A DNA stretch of 58,430 nucleotides from the NCBI GenBank assembly GCA_045657045.1, contig JAZOSJ010000088.1, positions 1 to 58,430 on the forward strand, in the 5' to 3' direction. Positions 47,134-57,448 of this stretch are shown in pieces. The first letter of the stretch is position 1, and each line of letters opens with the position of its first letter. A program made the position numbers and the translations under genes. Source of the stretch: Alistipes sp. GTDB lineage: Bacteria > Bacteroidota > Bacteroidia > Bacteroidales > Rikenellaceae. The notes beneath the pieces were generated by a model that worked only from the letters and a program-made list of their open reading frames with translations, searched no databases and was not told the origin of the DNA.

Positions 47134-47766
47134 GTGAGTAAGATGAGAGAGATAGATCCAAAGACGACATCGAGAGCCAAGGCTTTTGAGCTATGGATGA
47201 AGGCTACGATGCCGATGGTGACAATGACCAAGACTTTTGATATAACACACCTGCGCCATATTGCCAAGCGCAAGTGTGTGAAACTTAATATGTTGATGTG
47301 TTACGCTGTGGTTAGGGCTGCATCGGAGTTCAGGGAGTTTTATATGTTGCCCGTGGGCGACAAGTTTATGGAGTTTGATAACCTCGCCATTAATACTATC
47401 GTTATGACTAAGGATGGCGGCATCAACACATGTGATATTCCATTCTCAGAGGATATTCATCAGTTCGAGGCAGACTATTTGCGTATCACAGCATTGGCGC
47501 AGACAAGCGCGGAGGATGTGGTGTTGGGCGACGATTTTATGGTTATCGGTAGCTCGGCGCTTACCAAGTGCGAACTTGACTCGGTGGTTAATGTCTACGC
47601 AGGCTTTTGGAACAATCCATTTGTGGTGTGGAGTAAGTATCGTAAGGGCTGGTTTAAGACTACCCTCTCGTTGTCGTTTCAGTTTCACCACACACAGATG
47701 GATGGACCAATATCTACGGGCTTCCTAAATAGGTTGCAGGAGGTGATGAACAAGATAGAATATTAG
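47134..47766 (+). CDS. CatA-like O-acetyltransferase (chloramphenicol acetyltransferase family)
   Basis: EIDP..T.R..AF, NPFVVWSKY, QFHHTQMDG (compare CAT HHxxxDG). Confidence 0.8.
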   Translation: MSKMREIDPKTTSRAKAFELWMKATMPMVTMTKTFDITHLRHIAKRKCVKLNMLMCYAVVRAASEFREFYMLPVGDKFMEFDNLAINTIVMTKDGGINTCDIPFSEDIHQFEADYLRITALAQTSAEDVVLGDDFMVIGSSALTKCELDSVVNVYAGFWNNPFVVWSKYRKGWFKTTLSLSFQFHHTQMDGPISTGFLNRLQEVMNKIEY

Positions 47767-47767
47767 T

Positions 47768-48277
47768 ATGAAAGAGATATATTTTGCAGGCGGATGTTTC
47801 TGGGGAACTGAACACTATTTCAAGCAGATAAACGGTGTTATATCAACCGAAGTTGGATATGCCAACGGCAATACAGAACGCCCTACATACGAGGAGGTAT
47901 ATACCGATACTACGGGATTTGCTGAGTGTGTCAAGGTTGTATACGACCCAGCGATCATAACACTTGAATTTCTTGTCGAGTTATTCTTTCGCTCGATAGA
48001 TTCGCTATCACTAAATCGTCAGGGTAATGATTGTGGTACGCGCTATCGCACGGGTGTGTACTATGCAGATAATGACGATGTTATAACTATCAAATCAATA
48101 TTTGATGCAGTTGAAAAGTCTATCGGTGAGCCATTGGCGGTAGAACTCGCACCGCTCGATAATTTCTATCCTGCCGAGGAGTATCATCAGGACTATTTGG
48201 ATAAGAATCCAAATGGCTACTGTCATATTCCGACATCGCTTATGATGATGGCGCGATTGGCAAATAAGAAGCTATAG
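47768..48277 (+). CDS. msrA: Peptide-methionine (S)-S-oxide reductase
   Basis: FAGGCFWG, RQGND.GTRYRTG, FYPAEEYHQDYL, GYCH. Confidence 0.96.
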   Translation: MKEIYFAGGCFWGTEHYFKQINGVISTEVGYANGNTERPTYEEVYTDTTGFAECVKVVYDPAIITLEFLVELFFRSIDSLSLNRQGNDCGTRYRTGVYYADNDDVITIKSIFDAVEKSIGEPLAVELAPLDNFYPAEEYHQDYLDKNPNGYCHIPTSLMMMARLANKKL

Positions 48278-50443
48278 AGACGGGTAGATTGTTGGTGGCT
48301 GGATAGAGACCCACTCGGCACCATTACCGCGTGATGTGCAGGTGATACGCACGGCTTTGATTGGTTGTTCGGGGTATTCTATTATAAGCATACCACACTC
48401 TAAATCACCAATATAAAAAAAGCTATCTCCATCAAAACTTAACTCAACGCAACCATTCTCAAATATATATCGCGGTAGCTGAAAATTGCCCGTTGCGACC
48501 TTCATACGTCTGCACCTAACAGGCGTTTCAAAGGTGAACATCACCCAATCGCCCACATCGCCAGCACGTGTGGTACGAGCTAAACGACCATAGTTCTCCG
48601 CCTTATCGAAAGAGTATTTCTCGCTCTCAGGCATCGAGGAGGTAATATCAAATTTCGGGGTTATAGTCTTAAAATGAGCATTTACCGCAGCCACTTGCGA
48701 CTTTGCTCTACCTCGGCGTGCAATAAAGACGTATTCCGCAGGCTTATCGGTGGCGATAGGCTTTGTGTAGAGCATTTCGGTAGCCATAGGCTCCCTGCGA
48801 TAATATATATCACTGCCATCATCGACCGATGCAGTAAGTATACCATCCTCATACTTAACCATTGGAGTATTAAGACGATATGCAATGCCCATAGCGTCTA
48901 ATCTATCGTAATGATAAACCATATTGCGGTAGAAATCTTCACTATCCCGCTCATCGCTATCCTTCCACGCAATCTCCGCAAGGGCTACTATGCGCGGGAA
49001 TGTCATATAGTGTAGATATGTAGGCTCTTCTGGGGTGCGCGAGGCGTATAGTTCGCTAAAAAACGAGCCCTCGAAGCCTGCGATATTAGCACTTTCCTCG
49101 GCTGTGAAGCCTACGGATGATAGGGTAAAGTTATAGACCTTTGTCCAATCAAATATTGCCGCCCAATCGTGACCATCCTCGCGCGAAGACTGTTTCATAT
49201 CAAAGTAGAAATATTGCCCCGGCATAACCACGGTCTGATAGCCCTCGGCAGCGGCAACACGACACTCCTTAACGCTCTCCCAACCATAGACAAGGGTCTG
49301 CTCGTTAAGTGTTCCGCCATCTATTGCCTCATTCCAGACGGCGGGTAACTTATCATACTTAGCCAATATGTCAGTTAAATGTGACATAAAGTATCGCTGT
49401 AACTCAGATGTTGTAGACATCCTATTATCAGCCATTAGCTTCATGCAATCTGGGCAGCGTTTCCACTGCGACATATCAACTTCATCGCCACCTATATGGA
49501 TATATCGCGATGGAAATAACTCGCAAACCTCGCGCAGGATGTCATCAAGCAGAGCATAGTTCTCCTCACGTGAGGCACAGAATGCAGAACGAGTGTCATA
49601 GCCAAATGCAGCACTTGTCTTAGGGGTGTAGTTACACAATATCTCTGGGTGGACTGTTGCAATGCAGAGGCTGTGTCCAGGTAGATCTATCTCAGGCACA
49701 ACCTCGATATTTCTCACGCGTGCGTACTTTATAATCTCACGCATATCCTCCTGCGTATAGTATCCACCCCAGCGCTCGTTCCACTTGCCATAACGCGGCC
49801 ATATTGGGCTATCACCACCACGGAAGCCTCCAACCTCGGCTAACTCTGGATGCGATTTTATCTCTATGCGCCACGCCTCGTCGTCGGTAAGGTGTAGGCG
49901 CAATGAGTTGACTTTGTGATAAGCAAGTAGATCGATATACTCCATTACCGCCTCCTTGTCCATCCACGTGCGACAAACATCGAGCATAAAACCACGATGC
50001 GAATATTTGGGCAAATCCGTTATGGTACAATATTGAAGCTCTGCGTTTGTCACTCCTCGCCTTGTATATATTCCCGCTGGTAAAAGTTGCAAGAGTGTGG
50101 TGACTGCATTAAAAACACCTCCGTAGTCGCCACCTAAGAGTGATATGCCTGATGAATTTATCTCGATTCTATACTCCTCAGAGGATAGATTATCATCTAT
50201 ATTTAACTTTATATCACTATTTGTATTTCCTTTGTTTATAGTGATATACAATGATAGATAATCTGCGATTGGAGATAGCGATTCATCACCAATAGCAAGC
50301 TTAACAGGAGTGGGTAAAATATATACACCTTCTGTGAAGATTACAGACTTAGGCGTGGGTATTATGCACACCTCTTGCGCCTCTGCAAATTGAGAGGTTA
50401 GCAAAAGCGTAGCAAATACCATCAACTTAAGGAGTCTCTTCAT
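48272..50443 (-). CDS. Beta-N-acetylhexosaminidase, GH20
   Basis: HRGFMLDVCR, HLTDDEAWR, PEIDLPGH, HIGGDEV catalytic motif, FPRIVALAE. Confidence 0.92.
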   Translation of the reverse strand: MKRLLKLMVFATLLLTSQFAEAQEVCIIPTPKSVIFTEGVYILPTPVKLAIGDESLSPIADYLSLYITINKGNTNSDIKLNIDDNLSSEEYRIEINSSGISLLGGDYGGVFNAVTTLLQLLPAGIYTRRGVTNAELQYCTITDLPKYSHRGFMLDVCRTWMDKEAVMEYIDLLAYHKVNSLRLHLTDDEAWRIEIKSHPELAEVGGFRGGDSPIWPRYGKWNERWGGYYTQEDMREIIKYARVRNIEVVPEIDLPGHSLCIATVHPEILCNYTPKTSAAFGYDTRSAFCASREENYALLDDILREVCELFPSRYIHIGGDEVDMSQWKRCPDCMKLMADNRMSTTSELQRYFMSHLTDILAKYDKLPAVWNEAIDGGTLNEQTLVYGWESVKECRVAAAEGYQTVVMPGQYFYFDMKQSSREDGHDWAAIFDWTKVYNFTLSSVGFTAEESANIAGFEGSFFSELYASRTPEEPTYLHYMTFPRIVALAEIAWKDSDERDSEDFYRNMVYHYDRLDAMGIAYRLNTPMVKYEDGILTASVDDGSDIYYRREPMATEMLYTKPIATDKPAEYVFIARRGRAKSQVAAVNAHFKTITPKFDITSSMPESEKYSFDKAENYGRLARTTRAGDVGDWVMFTFETPVRCRRMKVATGNFQLPRYIFENGCVELSFDGDSFFYIGDLECGMLIIEYPEQPIKAVRITCTSRGNGAEWVSIQPPTIYPSL

Positions 50444-50446
50444 TGG

Positions 50447-51499
50447 CTATCTCACCCTTAAACGCTGACCAATACGAAGTATTGAGGTAGACTTAATATT
50501 GTTTAGTTGGCAAAGACGATTTACCGACGTGCCGTACTTACGGGCGATAGCACCGAGGGTGTCGCCTGAACGCACGGTGTGGTATTGAATTGCGGCAGCA
50601 GCTTTACGCTCTGCCTCCTCCTGCTTCTCTACCTCTATCTCATCATCGAAGTTCTGGTCAAACTTGGCATAGATGCTAAAATGACGACGTTTTAGGAGTA
50701 ACTCCGCACGACGCAGCTCACCTGTCTTGAAGTCTATAATACGCTCAGGGTCAAATGATTGTCCGCGGTATCTAACCTCGTAATGTAGATGTGGTCCAGT
50801 GCTTCGACCTGTGCTGCCACCGAGACCAATCTGCTGACCAGCAACCACCCAATCGCCTGTCTGAACGCTACGTTCAGACAGGTGGGCGTAGTAGGTCTCC
50901 AGGCCATTGCAGTGGCGAATAATGACCAAGTTGCCATAGTTGCCCGCAGCCTTAGAGAGGCGCACCTTGCCATCAAATGTGGCGTATACGGGATCACCAA
51001 CCTTCAATGCCATATCTATACCCTGGTGCTGTCGACCTCGACGAGGGCCATAGCGCGAGGTTATACGACCTATATATGGATAATGGTAGCTTTGAAGCGA
51101 ATCGACAAGGCGTATAGGCGTAGCCTCAGCAAAAGATTCAAGCGCCACATCAGTATATGGGTTTGCTACAGATGTATCCCAATGGTCGTTATAAATAGTT
51201 GTGTCGTTTCTAAAATTCTCGGCAAGGAGGTAGCGCCACGTGTTGTCGTTAAACAACAGAATACTAATCGCACTATTAGGCGTGGCAAGGGTATCGATAA
51301 CGGACACCTGGCCCAATGTGTGCGTAGGAGATACACGTCGATATTTGCAACTATCTACCTTTGTATCGCACTGCAACGTGTCGGTATTCTCTATAGTAAG
51401 AGAGTCGATGTCTTGTGCGAATGTTGTGGTTGTAATTAGCAAAAATATAGTTGAACTAAAGTATCCTAACATTGTCAATATTATCTTGTTACTGCGCAT
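50447..51499 (-). CDS. M23 peptidase with C-terminal LysM
   Basis: HQGID, YAHLS, STGPHLHYE; YHTVRSGDTLGAIARKYG. Confidence 0.93.
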   Translation of the reverse strand: MRSNKIILTMLGYFSSTIFLLITTTTFAQDIDSLTIENTDTLQCDTKVDSCKYRRVSPTHTLGQVSVIDTLATPNSAISILLFNDNTWRYLLAENFRNDTTIYNDHWDTSVANPYTDVALESFAEATPIRLVDSLQSYHYPYIGRITSRYGPRRGRQHQGIDMALKVGDPVYATFDGKVRLSKAAGNYGNLVIIRHCNGLETYYAHLSERSVQTGDWVVAGQQIGLGGSTGRSTGPHLHYEVRYRGQSFDPERIIDFKTGELRRAELLLKRRHFSIYAKFDQNFDDEIEVEKQEEAERKAAAAIQYHTVRSGDTLGAIARKYGTSVNRLCQLNNIKSTSILRIGQRLRVR

Positions 51500-52064
51500 C
51501 TTTAATCATATCCTCAGCGAGCTCCAATTGATGATAGAACTCCTCACCGAATGCGCGGATTATAGGCTCTTTAAGTCCTTTGTACACAGGCAAGCCTATC
51601 TTCTTACCACACTCACGCGCAGAGCCACATACAGCCCAGCGGTGGTAGTTTAGACCCACCGAACCATTACGGAAATGGCTAACACGGATTGGATATAGGT
51701 GGCACGATATTGGCTTAATAAACGAGCACTTGCCCTCACGGTAGGCGCGCTCGATAGCGCAGAAGGTGATACCATTCTCCTCGAAGGCATAGGCACACGC
51801 GGCGTTGTCGACCAATGGAGTTGTGTAGTCACCATCTGCATCCACAACCATAAAACCCTGCTCCTCGACAGCAGCTCTACCCTCCTCGGTCATATATGGG
51901 CTATAATTCTCCCACTCCTCCTCCAAGATGTCTACCTCGTCGATATCAAGTGGTGCTCCTGAGTCGCCCTCGACACAGCAAATGCCCTTACATAGACCTA
52001 AATCACAACTAAAGCACTCTCTTAGCAGGTCGAGGCTAACTATTTTATTATCAATCTCTATCAT
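51489..52064 (-). CDS. DUF3109 family Cys-rich protein
   Basis: Start revised to MIEIDNK. FSCDL..CKG.CCVEGDSGAPL, KPISCHLYPIR. Confidence 0.88.
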   Translation of the reverse strand: MIEIDNKIVSLDLLRECFSCDLGLCKGICCVEGDSGAPLDIDEVDILEEEWENYSPYMTEEGRAAVEEQGFMVVDADGDYTTPLVDNAACAYAFEENGITFCAIERAYREGKCSFIKPISCHLYPIRVSHFRNGSVGLNYHRWAVCGSARECGKKIGLPVYKGLKEPIIRAFGEEFYHQLELAEDMIKDAQ

Positions 52065-52068
52065 CTTA

Positions 52069-52884
52069 CTATGGGTTGTATATATCCTTGTATCGGAACG
52101 ATAAAATCTCATAGACCATATCGTGCAACTGCTTAGCCTCCTGATTCTCTGGGTTGAGTTTTAGAGCGTGGTTAAAGTCGTTGATAGCCTTACCCCACTC
52201 GTTGTATTGGAAGTAGCATTTGCCACGCTCGATATAGACCGCAACGCGATCATCACCAGCCTCTATCATCGAAGTGAGGCGCACAATGCGACCCGCAGGT
52301 GTCCACAACTGATTTTTGGTGATATACTCGGCTACAGATTTGCTTACCATCGCAGAGATGTCGCCGCCACGACCACTTGTGTCGCGAATCTCGGTTGACG
52401 AATACTCCACATATGGTGCATCCTCCAAGATGGTTACCCTATCGGCAAACTTCTCTACGACATAACCCTTACGTGGGTAGACATATATCTTATACTCTGC
52501 CAAGATGCGCTCATAATCCTTCCACTCGTCGAAGCGTGCCCAAATATCGCTACCGGTAATGATGGCAAACTCCATTGTATCACCGCAATTCTCCTTTAAG
52601 TAATCAAGGGTATTGATTGTATACGAAGGCTTTTCGAGCACAAACTCTATAACCGATGGTTTAATCTGCTCAGGGTATTTCGACTCCTTGCACGCCATCT
52701 CGGTCATCTCGTAGCGGGTGTACTCAGGGGTCTGCAAGAGGTCTGCCTTAAATGGATTTTGAGGCGATATGATAAGCGCTACCTCCTCAGCAAGATTGTG
52801 TTCGATAGCATATTCGGCAAGCGCAATATGACCATTGTGTACGGGGTCAAACGAGCCGAAGTATAGCAACATACGTTTCTTCAT
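52069..52884 (-). CDS. nadD: Nicotinate-nucleotide adenylyltransferase with C-terminal TPR
   Basis: FGSFDPVHNGH, SPQNPFK, PSYTINTL, GSD, SSTEIR; extra ~80 aa with YIERGKCYFQYNEWGKAINDFNHALKLNPEN. Confidence 0.92.
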   Translation of the reverse strand: MKKRMLLYFGSFDPVHNGHIALAEYAIEHNLAEEVALIISPQNPFKADLLQTPEYTRYEMTEMACKESKYPEQIKPSVIEFVLEKPSYTINTLDYLKENCGDTMEFAIITGSDIWARFDEWKDYERILAEYKIYVYPRKGYVVEKFADRVTILEDAPYVEYSSTEIRDTSGRGGDISAMVSKSVAEYITKNQLWTPAGRIVRLTSMIEAGDDRVAVYIERGKCYFQYNEWGKAINDFNHALKLNPENQEAKQLHDMVYEILSFRYKDIYNP

Positions 52885-52892
52885 ATCTACCT

Positions 52893-53453
52893 CTACTTTA
52901 GAAAATCCGTAATAATCTTTGTAACCTCTGCAACAGCATCCTCCAACCTGTCGTTCACGACAACATGGTCGAACTCTGGTGCTTTCGAAATCTCGAATTC
53001 TGCCTTAGCGATACGTTTCTGGATAACCTCCTCGCTGTCGGTGGCACGACCACGTAGGCGGCGCTCAAGCTCTTCGATTGATGGTGGCATGATAAATACC
53101 GAGCAGGCATCCTCACCAAAGAGTTTTTTTAGCGAAATGCCCCCCATAACATCAACATCGAAAAGAATGGTGTTGCCCTTAGCCCAGATACGCTCCATCT
53201 CGCGTTTAAGTGTGCCGTAGCAAGTTCCCTGGTATACCTCCTCCCACTCTACAAACTCACCGCGCTCGACGCAAGCCTTGAACTCATCGTTCGAGAGGAA
53301 GTAGTAATCCTTACCATCCTCTTCTTGACCGCGTGGCTGGCGTGAAGTTGCAGAAATAGAGAACTCGAAGCAGTCGAAATGCTTGAGTAATTCGTGTACA
53401 ATAGTGGTCTTACCTGAGCCACTAGGAGCTGAAAATATTACCAACTTACCCAT
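52893..53453 (-). CDS. gmk: Guanylate kinase
   Basis: SAPSGSGKTT, SISATSR.PRG.E.DGKDYYF, YGTL, FIMPPS. Confidence 0.97.
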   Translation of the reverse strand: MGKLVIFSAPSGSGKTTIVHELLKHFDCFEFSISATSRQPRGQEEDGKDYYFLSNDEFKACVERGEFVEWEEVYQGTCYGTLKREMERIWAKGNTILFDVDVMGGISLKKLFGEDACSVFIMPPSIEELERRLRGRATDSEEVIQKRIAKAEFEISKAPEFDHVVVNDRLEDAVAEVTKIITDFLK

Positions 53454-53455
53454 AA

Positions 53456-54328
53456 CTACAAAATATTGAGCACCTGCTCCTTAATCTTCTCTAACTCATC
53501 CTTCATTTTAACTACAAGGCGCTGCATGTTAGCCTCGTTTGACTTCGAGCCCATAGTGTTAATCTCCCTGCCAAGCTCCTGCGCTATAAAGCCAAGCTTG
53601 CGACCTGGCGCATCCTCCTCGTTTGCCACCTCGCGGAAGTATGCACAATGGTTGTCAAGGCGCACCTTCTCCTCTGTAATGTCAAGCTTCTCGATATAAA
53701 AGATCATCTCCTGCTCGAGGCGATTGTTGTCCACCTCTAAGGCGTGCTTTTCGAGATTCTCGCGGATGCGATTCTTGATAACATCGACACGAGCACTCTC
53801 AAATGGCTCTACCTCGTGGCGATACTGCTCGATAAGCTCTATGCGCTTGAAGAGGTCTGCGATAAGGATTGCGCCCTCCTGAACCCTAAATGCATTAAGC
53901 TGTTCAACAGCCTGCATCGTAGCAGCTAAAATCGCCTTCAATTCATCGTCACTAACCTCTTGCTCCTCAGATGTGATAACATCAGGCATACGCAAGATAG
54001 TGCTAAGGAATGAGTCGCCATCGGCAGTCACAGAATTTGCTGCGCATACCTCTCTTAGTTCCTTAGCGTAGGCGGCAAAAGCCTCGCGGTTTATATGTGC
54101 TGAGGTCTCCGCAACACTGCTCTCGAACGATACGAAGCAGTCAACTTTGCCTCGCTGAATCTCGCGTGTGATTATAGCACGCACCTCCGCCTCAATAGCG
54201 CGATATTTGCTTGGGATTTTAATGCTTAGGTCGAGTTGCTTAGAGTTAAGCGACCTGAGTTCCACCCTGAATTTCTTATCACCATATACGGCCTCGCCCT
54301 TACCGAAGCCTGTCATAGACTTTATCAT
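53456..54328 (-). CDS. YicC/YloC family endoribonuclease
   Basis: Start revised to MIKSMTGFG. RGKVD, DITEEKVRL, GRKLGFIAQELGREINTMGSK, KEQVLN; TACCTTTG box at 54355-54362. Confidence 0.93.
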   Translation of the reverse strand: MIKSMTGFGKGEAVYGDKKFRVELRSLNSKQLDLSIKIPSKYRAIEAEVRAIITREIQRGKVDCFVSFESSVAETSAHINREAFAAYAKELREVCAANSVTADGDSFLSTILRMPDVITSEEQEVSDDELKAILAATMQAVEQLNAFRVQEGAILIADLFKRIELIEQYRHEVEPFESARVDVIKNRIRENLEKHALEVDNNRLEQEMIFYIEKLDITEEKVRLDNHCAYFREVANEEDAPGRKLGFIAQELGREINTMGSKSNEANMQRLVVKMKDELEKIKEQVLNIL

Positions 54329-54499
54329 ACAACTTGAGATATATTTACATCTCACAAAGGTACAAAAAAAAGGGCGGTCGCACAAATTTTCGCGCAAAAA
54401 AAAGAGGGTAAAAAGAGAGCGAGAGTACCCAATGGCACAATCTCCATTGAGTAATCTCGCCTGATTAATGAGGGGAGCACACCTCGCTACCCTATCTAT

Positions 54500-55687
54500 T
54501 TATTCTGCGCAGCGGTCACACTTTGTGGCAAGCATAGCATCTGCCAACTGCTCCAACGCAGGGATATCACTTGGCTTCAAGCGCGACATGATAGTCACCA
54601 TATCCTCTACAACTGCCACATCCTTGAATCTATCGATTATATTACGCATTGCACGACCTGCCGATGGTGCCCACGAGCCATTCTCGATAATACCGATACG
54701 GCGTTTGCAGAAGTTCTTGATTGCAAGGTGATGCAGGAAGTCGTGCATAGGAGGGAAAACGTCCGAGTCGTATGACGCTGCAGCTACAACAAGATGGCTG
54801 TATCTGAATGCATCCTCCACAGCCTCAGCCATATCCACACGGGCAAGGTCCGAAACCACAACCTTCTTAGCACCCTTAGCGCGTAGGATGTCGGCAAACT
54901 TATTAGCAACCTCCGCAGTGTTGCCGTGGATAGAGGCATAGGCTACGAAAACACCCTCTTCCTCTGGCTCATATTTGCTCCAAATATCATATAAGCCGAT
55001 ATAGTAGCCTAAGTTCTCGGTAAGCACCGGACCGTGTAGCGGACAGATGATGGCGATGTCGAGCGCGCTTGCCTTCTTTAATAGGGCCTGCACAGGGGCG
55101 CCATACTTACCACATATATTTATATAGTATCGGCGAGCCTCACAAGCCCACTCCTCCTCATGAGCCAAAGCTCCAAACTTACCGAAGCCATCCGCCGAGA
55201 AGAGAACCTTATCGGTGTTATCGTAGGTAACCATAACCTCTGGCCAATGCACCATAGGAGCCATAGCGAAGTGGAGTGTGCGACCACCGAGCGAGAGTGT
55301 ACCGCCCTCCTTAACGCTAATCACACGACCTTCCAAATTAGAATCGAAGTAGAACTGAGGCAACATCTTGGCAGCCTTATCCGAAGCTACAAGTTCCATC
55401 TTTGGGTATCGGTCCATAACCTGAGCAATAGAGCCTGCATGGTCTGGCTCAAGGTGCTGAACAACAAGGTAGTCAGGAGTGCGACCCTCAAGTGCTGTCT
55501 CCAAATTACCAAGCCACTCGTCACACTTGCGGCGATCAACCGTATCCATAATAGCCACCTTCTCATCAAGGATGAGATAGGAGTTGTACGACACACCATT
55601 AGGCACGATATATTGGCTCTCGAAGAGGTCTATATCGGTGTCATCCACTCCGATATACTTAATTTTTTCGGTTATATTCTTAATCAT
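54500..55687 (-). CDS. FprA-type flavodiiron protein
   Basis: Start revised to MIKNITE. SYNSYLI, HLEPDH, PMVHWPE, FSADGFG, PLHG; flavodoxin domain YASIHGNT. Confidence 0.92.
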   Translation of the reverse strand: MIKNITEKIKYIGVDDTDIDLFESQYIVPNGVSYNSYLILDEKVAIMDTVDRRKCDEWLGNLETALEGRTPDYLVVQHLEPDHAGSIAQVMDRYPKMELVASDKAAKMLPQFYFDSNLEGRVISVKEGGTLSLGGRTLHFAMAPMVHWPEVMVTYDNTDKVLFSADGFGKFGALAHEEEWACEARRYYINICGKYGAPVQALLKKASALDIAIICPLHGPVLTENLGYYIGLYDIWSKYEPEEEGVFVAYASIHGNTAEVANKFADILRAKGAKKVVVSDLARVDMAEAVEDAFRYSHLVVAAASYDSDVFPPMHDFLHHLAIKNFCKRRIGIIENGSWAPSAGRAMRNIIDRFKDVAVVEDMVTIMSRLKPSDIPALEQLADAMLATKCDRCAE

Positions 55688-55800
55688 TTTGCATAAGTTT
55701 AATATTTTCAGCGACAAATATCTAAAAATATATAGATAAAAACAAAACTTTTTGCCACTTTTTTATACCTTTGCCCAATAATTGTGCAGTATAAATATAT

Positions 55801-56658
55801 ATGATTCGGAAATTAGCAACATTACTAATATTTGCATCTTTGCTTAGTGGTTGTAACACTGCATATAAGGGTGATGGCAAAAAGACGATATATGTAACCA
55901 TAGCTCCGCTACGCGCTATTGTAGAGGAGGTTACAGGTGGCGACTACAACGTAGAGATACTTGTGCCTAATGGGGCAAGTCCCGAGACTTTCGAACCAAC
56001 GATGAAGGATCTTATGGCTCTGAACGATGCCGAGCAGATATTCTCAGTGGGTCTTATTAACTTTGAGCAGTCGTTGGTGAGTTCGGTTAAGGAGAGTGAC
56101 CGCATTGTAAACTTATCGGATGGTATCGAACTTCTTGCGGGTAGCTGTTCACATTGCAACCACGCACACGCACATGGCATTGACCCACACGTTTGGACCT
56201 CGCCACGTGCCCTTAAACGTATGGCTGATAATGTCGGTTTAGCGATGCAAGGAGTTGCGCCAGACTCGATAAAATATCGCGATAACACAGATAAACTACT
56301 ACGTAAGCTGAGCAACTTAGATTCGTTATGTAATAGCGAGATAGTGGCAAATGGTGTAGATGCCATAATGATATATCATCCCGCGTTTACATACTATGCC
56401 AAGGATTATGGCATCGAGCAAATATCCGTAGAGCAGGATGGCAAAGAGCCTTCACCTCGACAGCTTACTGCGCTTGTGGAGCGAGCGCGAGAGCACAACA
56501 TTTCGAAGCTCCTTATTCAACCACAATATAGCAAGGATAAGCTCCGTGCATTGGCTGCGGAGTGCGGTGCTGAGATTGTGGAGGTAGACCCACTTAGTGA
56601 GGATATAATCGGAGAGATTGAGCGTGTAACGATGATAATTTGTAGAGGAGATGAGTAG
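55801..56658 (+). CDS. Zn/Mn ABC transporter substrate-binding lipoprotein (ZnuA-like)
   Basis: Lipobox LSGC, His-rich loop CSHCNHAHAH, DPHVWTSP, YHPAFTY; TACCTTTG box at 55766-55773. Confidence 0.9.
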   Translation: MIRKLATLLIFASLLSGCNTAYKGDGKKTIYVTIAPLRAIVEEVTGGDYNVEILVPNGASPETFEPTMKDLMALNDAEQIFSVGLINFEQSLVSSVKESDRIVNLSDGIELLAGSCSHCNHAHAHGIDPHVWTSPRALKRMADNVGLAMQGVAPDSIKYRDNTDKLLRKLSNLDSLCNSEIVANGVDAIMIYHPAFTYYAKDYGIEQISVEQDGKEPSPRQLTALVERAREHNISKLLIQPQYSKDKLRALAAECGAEIVEVDPLSEDIIGEIERVTMIICRGDE

Positions 56659-57433
56659 CCGAGAGCCTATTGTTGAGATAAAAAATCTCGGTGTGCGTTA
56701 CGACGATGTAGTTGCTTTGGAGCACGTAAACCTCTCCATCTATGACAACGATTTCATTGGCGTTATAGGCCCCAATGGTGGTGGTAAGAGCACCCTTGTA
56801 AAGGCCATAATGGGCATTGTGCCGTATAGCGGAGCTATTGAGTATAACACTACCCTGCTTCGCCACAAAAAACCACATATCGGTTATTTGCCACAGATTT
56901 CATCCTTCGACAAGGCATTCCCTATCTCTGTTTCGGAGGTAGTAATGTCTGGCTTACAAGCTGAGCGCGGGTTGTTCAAAGGCTTTGGGCTGAGCGAGCG
57001 CAAGCGTGTAGATGAGGTGCTCGAGAGAGCCTCACTCTTAGAGCTACGCAGACGTGCTATTGGCGAGCTTTCGGGTGGTCAGTTACAGCGAGTTATGCTC
57101 TGCCGAGCCATAATCTCCAACCCTAAACTCTTGGTACTTGATGAGCCTGCCAACTTCGTGGATAACCGCTTCGAAAATGAACTGTATATGCTCCTACGCG
57201 ACCTTAATAAGGATATGACTATCGTTATGGTGTCGCACGATTTAGGTACTATATCGAGCGTTGTGCGCAATATCGTATGTGTCAACCGCCACGTACACCG
57301 CCACGACTCGAACGTTATCACCGAGGAGCAGCTACGCAACTACGACTGCCCAATACAACTAATCTCGCACGGGGATATACCCCACACCATCCTCGGAGAA
57401 CACCACCACTGCTCGGAGTGTAATTCTAGGTAA
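56651..57433 (+). CDS. Metal ABC transporter ATP-binding protein (ZnuC-like)
   Basis: GPNGGGKST, LSGGQLQR, LDEP, VSHD, His/Cys-rich C-terminus. Confidence 0.9.
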   Translation: MSSREPIVEIKNLGVRYDDVVALEHVNLSIYDNDFIGVIGPNGGGKSTLVKAIMGIVPYSGAIEYNTTLLRHKKPHIGYLPQISSFDKAFPISVSEVVMSGLQAERGLFKGFGLSERKRVDEVLERASLLELRRRAIGELSGGQLQRVMLCRAIISNPKLLVLDEPANFVDNRFENELYMLLRDLNKDMTIVMVSHDLGTISSVVRNIVCVNRHVHRHDSNVITEEQLRNYDCPIQLISHGDIPHTILGEHHHCSECNSR

Positions 57434-57448
57434 TGATGCCCAAAGTTG

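Noticed and set aside
54419-54460. Hairpin gcgagagtacccaatgg...ccattgagtaatctcgc as a novel ncRNA
   Set aside because: It lies just downstream of fprA with a pyrimidine/T-rich tract on the minus strand, so a terminator explains it adequately.
55801-57433. Zn ABC system without permease (and trkA without trkH)
   Set aside because: The partners can be encoded elsewhere, and there is no sign of truncation in the window.
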